Source of the DNA: an uncultured Opitutales bacterium
Lineage (GTDB): Bacteria > Verrucomicrobiota > Verrucomicrobiia > Opitutales > JABDGR01
Length of the DNA stretch: 44,783 nt
Direction of reading: 5' to 3'
Assembly: GCA_964503425.1 (NCBI GenBank)
Contig: CAZDAQ010000003.1
Span: 1-44,783, forward strand
Below, piece by piece: positions 19,468 through 28,751 of this stretch. The position numbers and the translations under genes are program-made. Position 1 is the first letter of the stretch. The number at the start of each line of letters is the position of its first letter. Under the pieces are notes generated by a model. That model had not been told where the DNA came from. It ran no database searches and was given only the letters and a program-made list of their open reading frames with translations.

Positions 19468-20424
19468 ATGATGGCTGGGTTCCAATCTTGGAACCAGAAT
19501 AGTTTATTATGGCTACTGGTAATGAGCAGCCCGACGTATAGCCTCCTTGAGCCTGACGCGCGCAACACGTCAGCCATAGCCGGTGCGATTGAAAAATTGC
19601 ACGCTCAGCTGTTTCCCGGCGTGCCCTGTCCTTACGTGCGCAGCCTTCTTCGGCACATTGAAGATATTTTTGGCGGGCGCTACCGCGATTTCCAGGCGAT
19701 GGACACCGCCTACCATGACCTCGAGCACACCCTCCAGGCCACCCTTTGCTGCCTGCGCATCCTCTCCGGCCACCAGCGCTCCGGCGCCAACCCGCATATC
19801 AGCCCCAACGATTTCCGCATCGGCTGCTGCGCCATGCTCCTGCACGATGTCGGCTACGCCAAGAAAAAAGGCGACTTGGACGGCACCGGCGCCAAATACA
19901 CCCTCATCCATGAAAGCCGCGGCTGCGACATCGCCCGCGAGCTCCTCGCCGAGGAAGGCTGGCCCTCCGAGGAGATTGAACGCGTCTGCTCCCTCATCCT
20001 TTGCACCGGCCCCCGCAGCAACCTCGGCGGCACCAAATTCGGCAACCCCGCCCACCGCCTCCTCGGCCAGGCCGTCTGCACCGCCGACTTCCTCAGCCAG
20101 ATGAGCGACCCCGGTTACGTTCAAAAACTGCCCGACCTCTTCGAGGAATTCGCCGAAAGCGACCGCATCAACCAAGTCCCCCAGGAAAAGCGCCTCTTCA
20201 AAAAAGTGGACGATCTCTACCGCAACACCCCCGCCTTCTGGGAGAATTTCGTCCTCCACAAACTCCGCGGCGAGTGCGATGACGTCGGTCGCTTCCTCGC
20301 CGACCCGTATCCCGATGGCCCCAACCCCTACCTCATGCAAGTGAAGGAAAACATCGAGGCCGTCCGCCGCATCGTCGCCCTGTCCGATGGCGAGCTGTCT
20401 CACGTCGCCAAGCTCATGGGCTGA
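19468..20424 (+). CDS. HD-domain phosphohydrolase
   Basis: YHDLEHTLQ...CCAMLLHDVGYAKKKGD...IHESRGCDIARELL carries the H...HD...D metal-binding pattern. The start is uncertain (ATG 19468, 19471 or 19522). Confidence 0.8.
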   Translation: MMAGFQSWNQNSLLWLLVMSSPTYSLLEPDARNTSAIAGAIEKLHAQLFPGVPCPYVRSLLRHIEDIFGGRYRDFQAMDTAYHDLEHTLQATLCCLRILSGHQRSGANPHISPNDFRIGCCAMLLHDVGYAKKKGDLDGTGAKYTLIHESRGCDIARELLAEEGWPSEEIERVCSLILCTGPRSNLGGTKFGNPAHRLLGQAVCTADFLSQMSDPGYVQKLPDLFEEFAESDRINQVPQEKRLFKKVDDLYRNTPAFWENFVLHKLRGECDDVGRFLADPYPDGPNPYLMQVKENIEAVRRIVALSDGELSHVAKLMG

Positions 20425-20426
20425 AG

Positions 20427-21365
20427 CTACATCACCCGATACTCCGGGTGCGCCGCGTTATACGCTTCCACATAGGCGCGAAACGCCTGCTTTAACCGCC
20501 GCGTCACCGTTCCCGGGCCCAGGGCAAAACGCCGCTCAGCGACACCCGCCACCGGCGCTACATCCTGCGTCGTCGAAGTCGCAAAGCACTCGCTGAACGC
20601 ACCCAAGTCTTCCGGCCACAGCGCCCGTTCCTCCAACCGCACCCCGGCACCCTGGACATGCTCGAACAGGATCCGTCGCGTCACCCCGGCCAGCAGCCCA
20701 TCCGCCAGCGGCGGCGTATAGGCCGTCTCCCCCTCCACAAACCAAATGTTGCGCACAGACCCTTCGGTGATCCGCCCCTCCAAATTGATCATCAGCACCT
20801 CCTGCGCGCCGGTCGCCAGTGCCTCGCGCAGCGCCAGCACGTTATTCAGGTAATTGCCCGTTTTCAGCTCCGGTGGCACCGTCCGCGGATCATTGCGCCG
20901 CACCTGCCCCGCCAGCCCCACCTTCAAACCCGCATCCAGCTCGGCATCCGTCAGGTCCGTCAGTGGCTTCACCAGCAATACCCACAGTCCCTCCGGCCCC
21001 GCCAATCCCGGGTCCAGCCCAATGACCCCCGCGCCCCGTGTCACCTGTAGCCGCACATAATGCTCCCCACCCCAGCCGGTAATGGCCTGCGCCGCCGCTA
21101 TCGTCCGCCGCACCTCTGCCAGCAGTTGGCCCAAATCCAGCGGCAAGCGCAGCCCCAGCCCGCCGGCCGATGCCTGCAGCCTTTCCCAATGCTCCTGGAC
21201 CCCAAACAACACCCCCCCATAGGTGCGCCAGACTTCGTAAACCGCGTCCCCGTATAGAAACCCCCGGTCCAGCGGGCTGATGCTCCCCTCCCGGGCATCA
21301 TGCAGCCGCCCCTTGGTATTGGCTTGGACATAGCTCTGGCCCGAGGTTTGCATCCTGCCTGCCAC
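20427..21365 (-). CDS. Class IV aminotransferase (branched-chain/D-amino-acid aminotransferase or ADC-lyase family)
   Basis: Fold-type IV PLP enzyme pattern: DRGFLYGDAVYEVWRTYGGVLFGVQEHWERLQASA...YVRLQVTRG...ELKTGNYLNNVLALREA...EGSVRNIWFV. An alternative start is at 21353. Confidence 0.85.
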   Translation of the reverse strand: MAGRMQTSGQSYVQANTKGRLHDAREGSISPLDRGFLYGDAVYEVWRTYGGVLFGVQEHWERLQASAGGLGLRLPLDLGQLLAEVRRTIAAAQAITGWGGEHYVRLQVTRGAGVIGLDPGLAGPEGLWVLLVKPLTDLTDAELDAGLKVGLAGQVRRNDPRTVPPELKTGNYLNNVLALREALATGAQEVLMINLEGRITEGSVRNIWFVEGETAYTPPLADGLLAGVTRRILFEHVQGAGVRLEERALWPEDLGAFSECFATSTTQDVAPVAGVAERRFALGPGTVTRRLKQAFRAYVEAYNAAHPEYRVM

Positions 21366-21446
21366 AGTGCGGGCCGGGCGCGGCTCCGCAAGCGGAAATC
21401 CGCCTCATCGCCTTCGGCCAGCCGCCAATCCACCCATAAACAAACT

Positions 21447-21475
21447 TTGCAGTTGTGCCCGGCTAGGGATAGATT
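21447..21475 (+). promoter_or_regulatory. Possible sigma-70-type promoter for the pseudopilin pair
   Basis: TTGCAG (21447-21452) is followed by a 17-nt spacer and TAGATT (21470-21475). The -10 element ends only 9 nt before ATG 21485, which would give a near-leaderless transcript. This is a pattern match only. Confidence 0.3.
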
Positions 21476-21484
21476 ATTTGGCGG

Positions 21485-22180
21485 ATGATGCCCCACCATG
21501 ACAACCCCCGCCGTCCGGTTCCCGCCGGCGGCTTTACCCTGATCGAGCTCCTCACCGTGATCGCCGTTATCGGCATTCTCGCCAGCATTCTCGTGCCGGT
21601 CGTCAGCACCGTCCGCACCTATGAAAAAAAACAGCGCACCGTAACACTGTTTAACGAAATCGCCGGCGCCCTGGAGTCTTACAAATTGAAGTATGGCCAT
21701 TACCCCATGGTCGCCCAGCAGATGACTTCCCTCACTGCCCCCGACGCCAATGGTGATGTCTTTTTCAAGCTCAACGACAACACCGGCTTCCTGTTTCATG
21801 TTTTGACCGCCAACTTTCCCAAGACCGACACCACCTACGCGCCCTACAACCCACGCCGCGATCCCTTTCTCTCCGTGCCGGATGGCATGCTCGTCTATTC
21901 CCCCAGCGACACCCTGCACACCAACCCGCTCGTGGGCGACGCCTTCGGCAACACCGACATCGGCGTCGTCGTGAACATCACCGGCAACGCCTCCGTCTCC
22001 ACCACCTCGGTCAACAGCGCCCAATCCGTCACCTGTGCGGAAACCGGCCAAAGCGCCACCCCCACCCTCATCGGCAGCGAAAACATCCCCCAATCCATCG
22101 TGATTTTTTCCTACGACAACACCCTCACTCCGCCTTTCCTGACGAATTTCGATTACTCCACTTATGCCACTCCTCAATAA
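21485..22180 (+). CDS. Prepilin-type N-terminal cleavage/methylation domain protein (GspG-like pseudopilin), paralogue 1
   Basis: A short basic leader precedes GFTLIELLTVIAVIGILASILVP. A later GDAFGNTDIGVVV segment corresponds to the DPWGN-type motif of GspG-like pseudopilins. Confidence 0.85.
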   Translation: MMPHHDNPRRPVPAGGFTLIELLTVIAVIGILASILVPVVSTVRTYEKKQRTVTLFNEIAGALESYKLKYGHYPMVAQQMTSLTAPDANGDVFFKLNDNTGFLFHVLTANFPKTDTTYAPYNPRRDPFLSVPDGMLVYSPSDTLHTNPLVGDAFGNTDIGVVVNITGNASVSTTSVNSAQSVTCAETGQSATPTLIGSENIPQSIVIFSYDNTLTPPFLTNFDYSTYATPQ

Positions 22181-22196
22181 CCCCGCCCCGCCCATC

Positions 22197-22847
22197 ATGC
22201 ACTCCCGCCTTCCCCGCTCCTTCCGCCGCCGCCTTCCGCGTGTCGCCGGTTTTACACTCATCGAACTGCTGACCGTCATCAGCATCATCGGCATCCTTGC
22301 CGCCATCCTGATTCCCACCGTCGGCAGCGCCATCAATGCCGCCAAGCGGCAAAAGACCGGCACGATGCTCAACAACATCGTCCAGGGCGTGCAGATGTAT
22401 AAGGAGCAAAACAAGTTCTACCCCACCTTCCAGCCGGTCACCGCCATCCCCACCACACCGACGGTCCTCACCCTCAAAAACGATTCCCACTTTGTTCCGG
22501 TCATGACCGGCAACCTCACCAGCGACCAGGCCGATGCCATCTACAACACTCACGGCACCGCCTACATCTCCTTCTCGAATGACCAGCTCAACACCCAGGG
22601 TACTCGCGTTCTGGACCCCTATGGCAACGACGACATCATCGTCATTATGGACTCGCCCAACACCGGCAGTATTCCCGCCAGCTCCGTCAACGCCCTTACC
22701 ATGACTGCGGGCAACCAGCAGGACGGTTACAATTCCAACACCATCAATGTGAAGCAGACCGTCCCGATCCGCAGCCAGATCATCGTCATGTCACCCGGAC
22801 GCGGCTTCAACAGCAGCGACGCCGTCACCACCTGGGATCCTCAGTAA
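22197..22847 (+). CDS. Prepilin-type N-terminal cleavage/methylation domain protein (GspG-like pseudopilin), paralogue 2
   Basis: MHSRLPRSFRRRLPRVA precedes GFTLIELLTVISIIGILAAILIP. LDPYGNDDIIVIM matches the corresponding motif of paralogue 1. An alternative start at ATG 22164 would overlap the upstream gene by 17 nt. Confidence 0.85.
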   Translation: MHSRLPRSFRRRLPRVAGFTLIELLTVISIIGILAAILIPTVGSAINAAKRQKTGTMLNNIVQGVQMYKEQNKFYPTFQPVTAIPTTPTVLTLKNDSHFVPVMTGNLTSDQADAIYNTHGTAYISFSNDQLNTQGTRVLDPYGNDDIIVIMDSPNTGSIPASSVNALTMTAGNQQDGYNSNTINVKQTVPIRSQIIVMSPGRGFNSSDAVTTWDPQ

Positions 22848-22939
22848 TCCGCGGTCGACACGGGCCGCCAACGTATTTGCCTGCGGACCGCTTTTCGCCT
22901 GCGCGTTTGCCGCTTTTCGCCTTACTTCTCCACGCACCC

Positions 22940-24793
22940 ATGAGCCAACCTGAACGGCACGCCTTCCAGGCCGAAGTCCGCCAACTCCTCGACCTCGTTG
23001 TCCACGCCCTGTACACCGATCGCGAAATCTTCCTGCGCGAATTGGTGTCCAACGCCTCCGACGCCCTCGAGAAACTCCGCCACCTGCAGCTCGCCGGCGA
23101 GAAATCCTTTGACGACCACCTGCCGCTCGAAATCAACCTCACCACCGACGACACGGCCGGCACCATCACCATCCAGGACTTCGGCGTCGGCATGACGCGC
23201 GAGGAACTGGTGGAAAACCTGGGCACCATCGCCCATTCCGGCTCCAAGGCCTTCCTCCAGGCCCTCAAGGAAAAAGGCGCCGCCGCCGAAAACCTTATCG
23301 GCCAGTTCGGTGTCGGCTTCTACAGCGCCTTCATGGTCGCCAAGGAAGTCCAGGTTTACACCCGCTCGGCGAAGCCCGACGCTTCCGGCTGGCTCTGGAC
23401 CAGTGACGGCGGCGGTGACTACGCCCTCGAGCCGTCCGAAGGTCAGCGTCGTGGCGCGAAAATCATCCTCCGCCTCAAGGACGACGCCAGGGAATTCTCC
23501 CGCGCCGACCGCGTTCGCGGCCTCCTCGAGCGCTACTCCAGCTTCGCCGCCTTCCCCATCAACCTCAACGGCGAGCGCGTCAACAAAATCGAGGCCCTCT
23601 GGCTCAAGAACAAAAAGGAAATCACCCCGGAACAATATAAGGAATTCTACAAATTCCAGGCCCACGCCACGGAAGACCCGCTCACCTGGCTCCACTTCTC
23701 CGCCGACGCCCCGCTCGCCTTGCACGCGCTCCTCTTCGTGCCCGCCTCCAATCCCGAACGCTTTGGCTTTGGCCGCACCCCGCCGGGCGTCGCCCTGCAT
23801 TGTCGTAAAATCCTCATCGCCGCCGAACCTCAGGGACTTTTCCCCGACTGGCTCCGTTTCCTGCGCGGCGTGGTGGACAGCGCCGACCTCCCGCTCAACA
23901 TCTCTCGCGAGACGATGCAGGACAGCGCCCTCGTCCAAAAGCTCAACCGCGTCCTCACCCGCCGCTTCCTCAAATTCCTCGACGAGCTCTCCCAAAAGGA
24001 ACCGGATACCTTCGAAAAGGTTTACCGCCAGTTCTCGCACTATTTGAAGGAAGGCGTTGCCGCCGATTTCGAACACCGCGACGCCCTTGCCGGCCTCCTG
24101 CGCTTCGAGTCCACCGCCCTCCCCGCCGGCCAGCTCACGAGTTTTGCCGACTATGTGAGCCGCCTCACTCCCGGCCAGACGGAAATCTATTACCTTCAGG
24201 CCCGCGACCGCGCCACCGCCGAAACCGGCCCCTACCTCGAAGCCTTCAAGGCCCGCGGCCTCGAAGTTCTTCTCGCCTTCGACCCGCTCGACGATTTCGT
24301 CTTCTCCCACCTCGGCACTTTTACCGATAAAAAACTTATCCCCGCTGACCAGGCCGACCTCAAGCTCTCCGACCTTCCCGACCCCGCCGGCTCCGAGCCG
24401 TTGCCCGCCGATGCGCTCACCGCCCTCTGCGCGTGGCTCAAGGAAACCCTGGGTGACGAGCGTGTCTCCAGTGTCGAAAGCGGCTCCCGCCTGGTGGACA
24501 GCCCCGCCGCCGCCCTCAATGCCGACGCCATGCTCACCGCCAACATGCGCCGCATCCTGCGCGCCATGAAAAACGATGACCAGGCCCCCGCGCCGTCCGT
24601 CGTTCTCCAAATCAATCCGCGCCACCCGCTGATCAAAAACCTCGCCTCCCTGCGCGAGCGCGACCCCGGGCTTGCCAAGCTCGTCGCCACCCAGCTTTAC
24701 GACAACACCCTCCTCGCCGGCGGCCTCCTCGAAGATCCGCGCCGCCTCATCCAGCGCGCCTACACGCTCCTTGAGCGCGTATCCAAATCCTGA
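22940..24793 (+). CDS. htpG: Molecular chaperone HtpG (Hsp90)
   Basis: FQAEVRQLLDLVVHALYTDREIFLRELVSNASDALEKLR and IGQFGVGFYSAFMVA are the canonical Hsp90 N-domain motifs. The protein is full length (617 aa). Confidence 0.95.
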   Translation: MSQPERHAFQAEVRQLLDLVVHALYTDREIFLRELVSNASDALEKLRHLQLAGEKSFDDHLPLEINLTTDDTAGTITIQDFGVGMTREELVENLGTIAHSGSKAFLQALKEKGAAAENLIGQFGVGFYSAFMVAKEVQVYTRSAKPDASGWLWTSDGGGDYALEPSEGQRRGAKIILRLKDDAREFSRADRVRGLLERYSSFAAFPINLNGERVNKIEALWLKNKKEITPEQYKEFYKFQAHATEDPLTWLHFSADAPLALHALLFVPASNPERFGFGRTPPGVALHCRKILIAAEPQGLFPDWLRFLRGVVDSADLPLNISRETMQDSALVQKLNRVLTRRFLKFLDELSQKEPDTFEKVYRQFSHYLKEGVAADFEHRDALAGLLRFESTALPAGQLTSFADYVSRLTPGQTEIYYLQARDRATAETGPYLEAFKARGLEVLLAFDPLDDFVFSHLGTFTDKKLIPADQADLKLSDLPDPAGSEPLPADALTALCAWLKETLGDERVSSVESGSRLVDSPAAALNADAMLTANMRRILRAMKNDDQAPAPSVVLQINPRHPLIKNLASLRERDPGLAKLVATQLYDNTLLAGGLLEDPRRLIQRAYTLLERVSKS

Positions 24794-24906
24794 ATACACC
24801 CGCCCAAGGCTCGCTGCTCCACCTGGCCCGCGCTGGCTTCGCCGGGTTCCTTGCGCGCGAAGCCACCCAGGCCGGCCTCACGCCACTCGCCCAGGGCGAA
24901 ACTTGG

Positions 24907-25824
24907 GTGCTCACCCCGGCTCCCGCTACCACGTCGCCTGCCTTCGTCGGCTGCTGCTTTGCCCACGCCGCGCTGGTTGACTCCGTGGAACTGCGCGGCG
25001 CATCTGTCAACGCTGCCGCCCGCACCCTCCTCGACTGGTTCCTCGCCTCCTGCCGTGACGAGCGTTTTGAGCAGCCCTGGCCGCTCCAATTTCGCGCCGA
25101 TTATTCCGTGCCCGGCCTCACCCGTCGCGTCGCCGCCATCGAACGAGAATTCTCTGAGAATTTCACGAAGCGCCTCGCCCGCGTCGCCCGTCTCGCCCGC
25201 CCCCAGCCCGCCGCTCCGCGCGGCCCGGCCCGCGGCCTGTTCCTTTTCTTCCACGACTTCGAGAACTTCCGCGCCAGCCGCGCGGCCATCCTCGGCGGCC
25301 AGCGCCGCATGGCCGACGACCCCGGCGCGCCTTCCCGCTCCTACCTCAAGGTCGAGGAGGCCTACGGCGTTCTGGGTCGTGAACCGCGCGAGGGTGAAAC
25401 CGTCGCCGACCTCGGGGCCGCTCCCGGTGGCTGGAGCTTCAGCGCCGCCAAACGCGGTGCCTCCGTACTCGCGCTCGACAACGGCCCGCTCAAAGGCGCC
25501 GCCCTCGGCCATCCCCTTATCAGCCACGAACAGGCCGACGCCTTCCGCCACGCCCCCGCACCCGGCAAAACTTATGACTGGCTCTTTTGCGATGTCGTGG
25601 ACGACCCCGTCAAAGTCCTCGCCTTGCTCGAACATTGGGTCGCGCAACGCTGGTGCCACCGTTTCATTGTGAACCTCAAGTTTGGCCGCACCGATCCGCT
25701 CCCGCTTCTGCGCCGCGCCACCGCCCTCGGCGAATCGCTGCCGCGCGCCTGCTCCACCGTCTGGGCCCGCCACCTTTTTCACGACCGCGAGGAATTCACC
25801 CTCGTCGGCGAACTCCGCGCCTGA
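24907..25824 (+). CDS. rlmM: 23S rRNA (cytidine-2'-O)-methyltransferase RlmM; the true start is probably upstream (about 24790-24823) at a non-canonical codon
   Basis: APSRSYLKVEEAY...VADLGAAPGGWSFSAAKRGASVLALDNGPL...YDWLFCDVVDDPVKVLALLEHWVAQRWCHRFIVNLKF closely parallels E. coli RlmM (APSRSTLKLEEAF...VDLGACPGGWTY...VDNGPM...MVCDMVEKPAKV...NLKLP). The in-frame upstream sequence LLHLARAGFAGFLAREA resembles the RlmM N-terminus [16 protein letters not shown]. Confidence 0.85.
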   Translation: MLTPAPATTSPAFVGCCFAHAALVDSVELRGASVNAAARTLLDWFLASCRDERFEQPWPLQFRADYSVPGLTRRVAAIEREFSENFTKRLARVARLARPQPAAPRGPARGLFLFFHDFENFRASRAAILGGQRRMADDPGAPSRSYLKVEEAYGVLGREPREGETVADLGAAPGGWSFSAAKRGASVLALDNGPLKGAALGHPLISHEQADAFRHAPAPGKTYDWLFCDVVDDPVKVLALLEHWVAQRWCHRFIVNLKFGRTDPLPLLRRATALGESLPRACSTVWARHLFHDREEFTLVGELRA

Positions 25825-25870
25825 CGCACTTGCCACTTGCCGCCCCGCGCCGCCGCCGCACACTACCCCC

Positions 25871-26710
25871 ATGCCGCCGCCGTCAGCGAAACCTCCCTCC
25901 ATGCGTCCGGTCACCGTGTGCGGCTTCAAATCTGTGGTGGCCGCCTTCACCCGCCGTCCCAAGTGCATTCAGCGCCTGTTCTTTGACGCCAAAACCGCCC
26001 CCAAGACCGGTGAAATCTGCCAATGGCTAGCCCAGGAACGCCGCATCTACCGCCAGGTAGAGCCCGCCGAGCTTGAGCGCATCGCCGGCACCGTCCACCA
26101 CGGTGGCATCGTGGCGGTGACCGAGCGGCCCGCCCTGCGCCCGCCGCGTTTTGGCGAATTCGCCGAATGGCAAAAAGCCGGCGAGCCGCTGCTCATCCTC
26201 GACCGCATCGGCAATCCCCACAACCTCGGTGCCATCGCCCGCACCGCCGCTTTTTTTAATATCCCAAGAATGATTATCGCGCGCCATCCCCTCCAAGCCC
26301 AGCCCAATGACGCCGCCTACCGCGTCGCCGAAGGCGGCCTCGAGCACATCCAGATTTTTGAGGTCATTGACTTGCTGCAAATCGTGAAGCAATTACGCGA
26401 GCGCTTCCTTGTCGTCGGCACGTCCGTCCACACCGGCAAAAACCTCGACACCGCCAAGCCCCCGCGCGCGCCCGGCCGCCCGGTCGCCCTTTTGCTCGGC
26501 AACGAGGAAACCGGCCTCGACCGCAAGCTGCAGGGCCAATGTGAATTGCTTGTGCGCATCCCCGGCGGCGGCGCGGTCGAGTCGCTCAACGTCAGCGCCG
26601 CCGCCGCAGTGTTGCTGCACTGGGTGGCCTCCGGTCGCCCCGCCCCGCGCCCTGGAACGCTCCCGGCTGTCCCCTCACCCGAAACCCCGCTCAACGAAGT
26701 TGCGTCTTAA
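25871..26710 (+). CDS. TrmH/SpoU-family RNA 2'-O-methyltransferase
   Basis: SpoU motifs are present: LILDRIGNPHNLGAIARTAAFFN, VALLLGNEETGLD and LVRIPGGGAVESLNVSAAAAVLL. ATG 25871 was chosen as the start. The ORF-track start at 25682 overlaps rlmM. Confidence 0.85.
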   Translation: MPPPSAKPPSMRPVTVCGFKSVVAAFTRRPKCIQRLFFDAKTAPKTGEICQWLAQERRIYRQVEPAELERIAGTVHHGGIVAVTERPALRPPRFGEFAEWQKAGEPLLILDRIGNPHNLGAIARTAAFFNIPRMIIARHPLQAQPNDAAYRVAEGGLEHIQIFEVIDLLQIVKQLRERFLVVGTSVHTGKNLDTAKPPRAPGRPVALLLGNEETGLDRKLQGQCELLVRIPGGGAVESLNVSAAAAVLLHWVASGRPAPRPGTLPAVPSPETPLNEVAS

Positions 26711-26734
26711 TTCGTCCGCATCGCCAATCTTTCT

Positions 26735-26789
26735 TGGTGTTGCCTTCTTCATTTTTAAATTTGAATTTTAGATTTCGAATTTCGCGTTT
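26735..26789 (+). promoter_or_regulatory. AT-rich putative promoter/operator region upstream of the glycogen debranching gene
   Basis: The sequence turns abruptly AT-rich (ttcatttttaaatttgaattttagatttcgaatttcgcgtttATG). It contains repeated GAATTT units and the small palindrome CGAA-T-TTCG. The function is inferred only from position and composition. Confidence 0.3.
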
Positions 26790-28751
26790 ATGCCCCTTCC
26801 CCTCACCCTCGATGCCGCCGCGCTGCACGATTTCAATCGTGCTCTGGGTTGCGAATGGCTTGAAACCAACGGTCTCGGCGGCTGGGCCAGCGGCACCGTC
26901 GCGGGCGCGCACACCCGCCGCTACCACGGCCTGCTCGTGGCCGCGCTGCACCCGCCCATTGGCCGCATGGTGCTGCTTTCCAAACTCGAGGAAACGGTCC
27001 TCTCCGGCGGCACCAGCTACGAACTTGGCTGCAACCAATACCCCGGCGTCGTCGCCCCGTCCGGTCATCAATACCTCGATAGCTTCGCCGCCCTGCCCTT
27101 CCCCGCCTGGCATTACCGCGCCGGGCCCGTCGAACTCGTAAAGCAAATCGCCGCCCTGCACGACGAAAACACCACCGTCGTCACCTACACCCTCGCTGCC
27201 GCGCCCGGCCCCGTGGAATTGCTGCTGCGCCCGTTCTTCGCTGTGCGCGATTACCACGCCCTTCAGCACGCCAACAACGCCGTCCACCGCGACGCCACCT
27301 TCAAGGACGACACCCTCGCCGTCCAGGCCTACGACGGCACGCCCACCGTTTACCTCAACGTCCCCGGCGCCCGCTTCGACCCCGCGCCCGCGTGGTATTT
27401 TCGCTTTCAATACCGTGAGGAGCAGGCCCGCGGCCTCGACTTCGAGGAGGATCTCTTCACCCACGGCCAGCTCCGCGTTACGCTCGCGCCCGGCGCGTCG
27501 CTCTCCGTCATCGTCTCGCTCGACTGGCCTGCTGGCCGTTCCGCCGCCACCTTGCTCGCCACCGAAGCCGCCCGCCGCGACACCGTCGTTGCCACCGCCG
27601 GTTTCTCCGGCGAACTCGAATGCCAACTCGTGCGCGCCGCCGACCAGTTCATCGTGCGCCGTGGCGCCAGCCTGCACACCGTCATTGCCGGCTACCACTG
27701 GTTTGCCGACTGGGGGCGCGACACCATGATCGCCCTGCCCGGCCTGTGCCTCGCCACCAAGCGCTTCGCCGAAGCCCGCGACATCCTCGCCGCGTTCGCC
27801 CAGAGCGCCAGCCAGGGCATGTTACCCAACCGCTTTCCCGACGCCGGCGAAACCCCCGAATACAACACCGCCGACGCCACCCTCTGGTTCTTCGTCGCCG
27901 CCCGCGCCTACCTGCGCTATTCCGGCGACGACCGCTTCGTCCGCGAGGAACTCCTCCCCGTCCTCGAGGACATTCTCGCCTGGCACGACAAGGGCACGCG
28001 CTATCACATCCATTGCGATGCCGACGGCCTGCTTTTCGCCGGCGAGCCGGGCGTCCAGCTCACTTGGATGGACGCCAAAGTCGGTGACTGGGTCGTCACC
28101 CCGCGCACCGGCAAGCCCGTCGAAATCAATGCGCTCTGGTGCAACGCCCTCGCCATCCTGGCCGACTTCCGCGAAAAATTCGGCCAGCCCGGCGTGCCCG
28201 AACTTCTGGCCCGCGCACGCGACGCCCGCCAGCGCTTCGCCACCGTCTTCTGGAACGAATCCGCCGGCTGCCTTTACGATGTCATCAACGGCGACGATAA
28301 AGACCCCGCCATCCGCCCCAACCAATTATTCGCCCTCAGCCTCCCCCATGAGCTTTTGCCCCGCAGCCAGGCGTTGAGCATCCTCAAAGTCATCGAACAA
28401 AAACTCCTCACTCCCGCGGGCCTGCGCAGTCTCGCCCCCGGCTCTCCCGGCTACCGCCCGCGCTACGAAGGCAACGTCCACTCCCGCGATGGCGCCTACC
28501 ATCAGGGCACCGTCTGGGCATGGCTCCTCGGCCCCTACATCACCGCCCTGGTTCGTTTGCGCGGCGACACCGGCCGCGCCCATGCCCGCGCGCTCGTTGA
28601 CAACCTGGGCCCCCTCCTCGGCCAGTATGGCCTGGGCACGCTCGGGGAGGTTTTTGACGCCGAGCCGCCCTTCACCGCGCGCGGCTGCATCGCCCAGGCC
28701 TGGAGCGTCGGCGAAATCCTCCGCGCCTGCCGCGAAGACCTTGGCGCGTAA
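26790..28751 (+). CDS. Glycogen debranching enzyme (amylo-alpha-1,6-glucosidase family, bacterial/archaeal type)
   Basis: The N-terminal domain is EWLETNGLGGWASGTVAGAHTRRYHGLL. The catalytic (alpha/alpha)6 part is GYHWFADWGRDTMIALPGL...NTADATLWFF...LTWMDAKVGDWVVTPRTGKPVEINALW...AYHQGTVWAWLLGPY...AQAWSVGEILR. Confidence 0.9.
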   Translation: MPLPLTLDAAALHDFNRALGCEWLETNGLGGWASGTVAGAHTRRYHGLLVAALHPPIGRMVLLSKLEETVLSGGTSYELGCNQYPGVVAPSGHQYLDSFAALPFPAWHYRAGPVELVKQIAALHDENTTVVTYTLAAAPGPVELLLRPFFAVRDYHALQHANNAVHRDATFKDDTLAVQAYDGTPTVYLNVPGARFDPAPAWYFRFQYREEQARGLDFEEDLFTHGQLRVTLAPGASLSVIVSLDWPAGRSAATLLATEAARRDTVVATAGFSGELECQLVRAADQFIVRRGASLHTVIAGYHWFADWGRDTMIALPGLCLATKRFAEARDILAAFAQSASQGMLPNRFPDAGETPEYNTADATLWFFVAARAYLRYSGDDRFVREELLPVLEDILAWHDKGTRYHIHCDADGLLFAGEPGVQLTWMDAKVGDWVVTPRTGKPVEINALWCNALAILADFREKFGQPGVPELLARARDARQRFATVFWNESAGCLYDVINGDDKDPAIRPNQLFALSLPHELLPRSQALSILKVIEQKLLTPAGLRSLAPGSPGYRPRYEGNVHSRDGAYHQGTVWAWLLGPYITALVRLRGDTGRAHARALVDNLGPLLGQYGLGTLGEVFDAEPPFTARGCIAQAWSVGEILRACREDLGA

